From: an uncultured bacterium
Lineage (GTDB): Bacteria > Oederibacteriota > PGYV01 > CAWJRG01
DNA length: 64,000 nt
Direction of reading: 5' to 3'
Assembly (NCBI GenBank): GCA_963845185.1
Contig: CAWJRG010000001.1
Span: 256,001 to 320,000 of the forward strand
The notes beneath the pieces are model-generated. The model ran no database searches, was not told the DNA's origin, and saw only the letters and a program-made list of their open reading frames with translations. Position numbers and translations under genes: made by a program. Numbering within the stretch: the stretch's first letter is position 1; each line of letters opens with the position of its first letter. Positions 62,322 to 64,000 of this stretch are shown here, one piece after another.

Positions 62322-63353
62322 TTATATCCACTTTTTTATTTTCTCAAGAACCATCTCTGGCGTTATATGCTGCATGCATCCGCCTTTTTCGCAATCGGGT
62401 TTATGGCATGGCCTGCAGTCAACATCCGCAGCCAGTACTATATTATTATCGTCAACAAAAGCCCACCCTTTGTCATTGCTCGGCCCAAAAATACCAATTG
62501 TCCTTACGCCAAGCGCTACGGCCATGTGTCTCACTGCTCCGTCATTGGCGATAAGAAAATCGCCGTATGATAAAATTGCTGCCAGGGCCCGCAAACCGTC
62601 TCCAGGAATAATATAAACGTTTCCGTAATTTTCCAGTTCTTTGAGGAATTCTGAGGCGTCGTCCGGACTTTTCAGCACAACCATTTTTGCATCCGGATAA
62701 CTTTGCCGTATCATGCTTATCAGTTTTTTCCAGTGACTGTCCGGCCATCTCTTTATTTCCCATTTGCTTGAAACGCATAGCATTATCTTTTTACCGGACA
62801 TATTTATGCCGTTGGCTTCGTAGAATTTCCGGCCATATTCTTTTTCTTTTTGCGTGAGGCTCATAAAAATCCTGTTGTCTATCTGCTCAAAGTTGCCAAG
62901 CGGTTTTACAAGCGCCAGGTGCCTTTTTATCACATACCAATCCCCATCCGTGTAATCGACTCTGGTCCCGTAAAACATATTATATAATTCCCTTCTCTTA
63001 TCCCTTATAAGATGCCCTATTTTCATGCTTGCTTTTATCATAAAAGAAAAATATACCGAATAATAACTGCTTTCAAAATCAATAAAATAGTCGTATTTTA
63101 TATTCCCAAAATTTTTCTTAAAAAATTCCCTCATTAATAACGGCCTTAAAAACTTTGGAACCCGGGTGTTTTCTTCTGGCAGGTAAAATACTTTATCTAT
63201 ATATTGGTTGTTTTCAAGCACCGGAGCCGCCTTGTGCCCGGCAAGATAGTGAATCACAGCATCCGGAAGCAAATCCCGGGTTTTTTTGACTGTAGCTGTT
63301 GTCAGCAGCACGTCGCCTATGGCCCCTATCCTGAAAAAAAGTATTTTAATCAT
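62322..63353 (-). CDS. Glycosyltransferase family 9 (heptosyltransferase-like)
   Basis: RIGAIGDVLL, KRWP, NDGAVRHMAVALG..IFGPS, CRPC. Confidence 0.9.
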   Translation of the reverse strand: MIKILFFRIGAIGDVLLTTATVKKTRDLLPDAVIHYLAGHKAAPVLENNQYIDKVFYLPEENTRVPKFLRPLLMREFFKKNFGNIKYDYFIDFESSYYSVYFSFMIKASMKIGHLIRDKRRELYNMFYGTRVDYTDGDWYVIKRHLALVKPLGNFEQIDNRIFMSLTQKEKEYGRKFYEANGINMSGKKIMLCVSSKWEIKRWPDSHWKKLISMIRQSYPDAKMVVLKSPDDASEFLKELENYGNVYIIPGDGLRALAAILSYGDFLIANDGAVRHMAVALGVRTIGIFGPSNDKGWAFVDDNNIVLAADVDCRPCHKPDCEKGGCMQHITPEMVLEKIKKWI

Positions 63354-64000
63354 CTTTGTTCCTCTATATATTTTTTTAATTTTTTAGCTATATTTTGCCA
63401 GTAAAAATTCTTTATCTGGAATTTTCCGGCTTTTCCCATCGCCTGTTCGTAATTATTATATACGGATACCAGCTTGACCACAAGGTCGTTAAAATCAGGC
63501 TCTGACATAACAGCATTTTTTGAATTATTATCATACTGCACCAAGCCTGCTGCAACAAGCTTATATTTCAATAATTCGGAGTTTGCTTCATTTAAAAAAT
63601 CTGTATGGCCTCCCCATCCTGTCGCTATCACCGGTATACCGCATGCCAGCGCCTCAAGATAAACCATTCCAAATCCTTCGGCCCTGCTTGGCAGCACAAA
63701 ACATTTGGCGCTCCTGTACAGTTTGCCCATCTGCTCTTCCGTATATTCAGCAATAATAAACCTTATATTTTTGTGTTTCTTGTATTTTTCAATAACAATA
63801 TCATCATATTTACTCTTCCCCGGTGAATAAGACAGTTTTGCAATGAGTTCAACATCCTTTTTATCTTTAAAAGCTTCTAAAAACGCCGCCAGCAATATAT
63901 CCAGCCCTTTTCTTTTTTGTGGCATGGCTATTGTCAAAAACCGGAAAATATTAGAAGTGTTACGTTCCTGTAGCGGAGTTTTAAAATAATATTCTTGATT
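63350..64000 (-). CDS. Glycosyltransferase family 4 (C-terminal part; starts outside window)
   Basis: RKGLDILL, FVLPSRAEGFGMVYLEALACG; frame stays open to the window edge. Confidence 0.9.
   Translation of the reverse strand, partial: NQEYYFKTPLQERNTSNIFRFLTIAMPQKRKGLDILLAAFLEAFKDKKDVELIAKLSYSPGKSKYDDIVIEKYKKHKNIRFIIAEYTEEQMGKLYRSAKCFVLPSRAEGFGMVYLEALACGIPVIATGWGGHTDFLNEANSELLKYKLVAAGLVQYDNNSKNAVMSEPDFNDLVVKLVSVYNNYEQAMGKAGKFQIKNFYWQNIAKKLKKYIEEQR

Overview
Chromosomal window of a diderm bacterium, most genes on the minus strand. Core content: partial gmhB-like HAD phosphatase, msbA-like exporter, menA-like prenyltransferase, a TetR-controlled FtsX/LolA-like ABC locus, split transketolase plus RuBisCO-like protein, metF, a sugar locus (GH94 phosphorylase, MalK, PorV-like barrels, large secreted glycoside hydrolase), a complete F-type ATP synthase operon, PilT-TPR fusion, pepA, a TPR sigma-54 activator, pnp, rpsO and LPS glycosyltransferases. 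An accessory region at about 10-18 kb holds an IS3-like element, an ORF-deleted group II intron, two toxin-antitoxin pairs, and a ParB-domain gene with a relic of its 3' end. Most notable observations: (1) a covarying two-hairpin leader RNA I do not recognise, abutting the ribosome-binding sites of atpB, atpA and two accessory genes; (2) the group II intron sits at ATG-A of a start codon and carries a replacement Shine-Dalgarno and in-frame GTG in domain VI; (3) three copies of a 118-219 bp IS200/IS605-type non-autonomous element with omega-RNA-like folding, one with an empty site 1.4 kb away; (4) a KDDHG-type RuBisCO-like protein paired with a transketolase whose active-site residues are altered. 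All calls come from reading the sequence; no searches were run.
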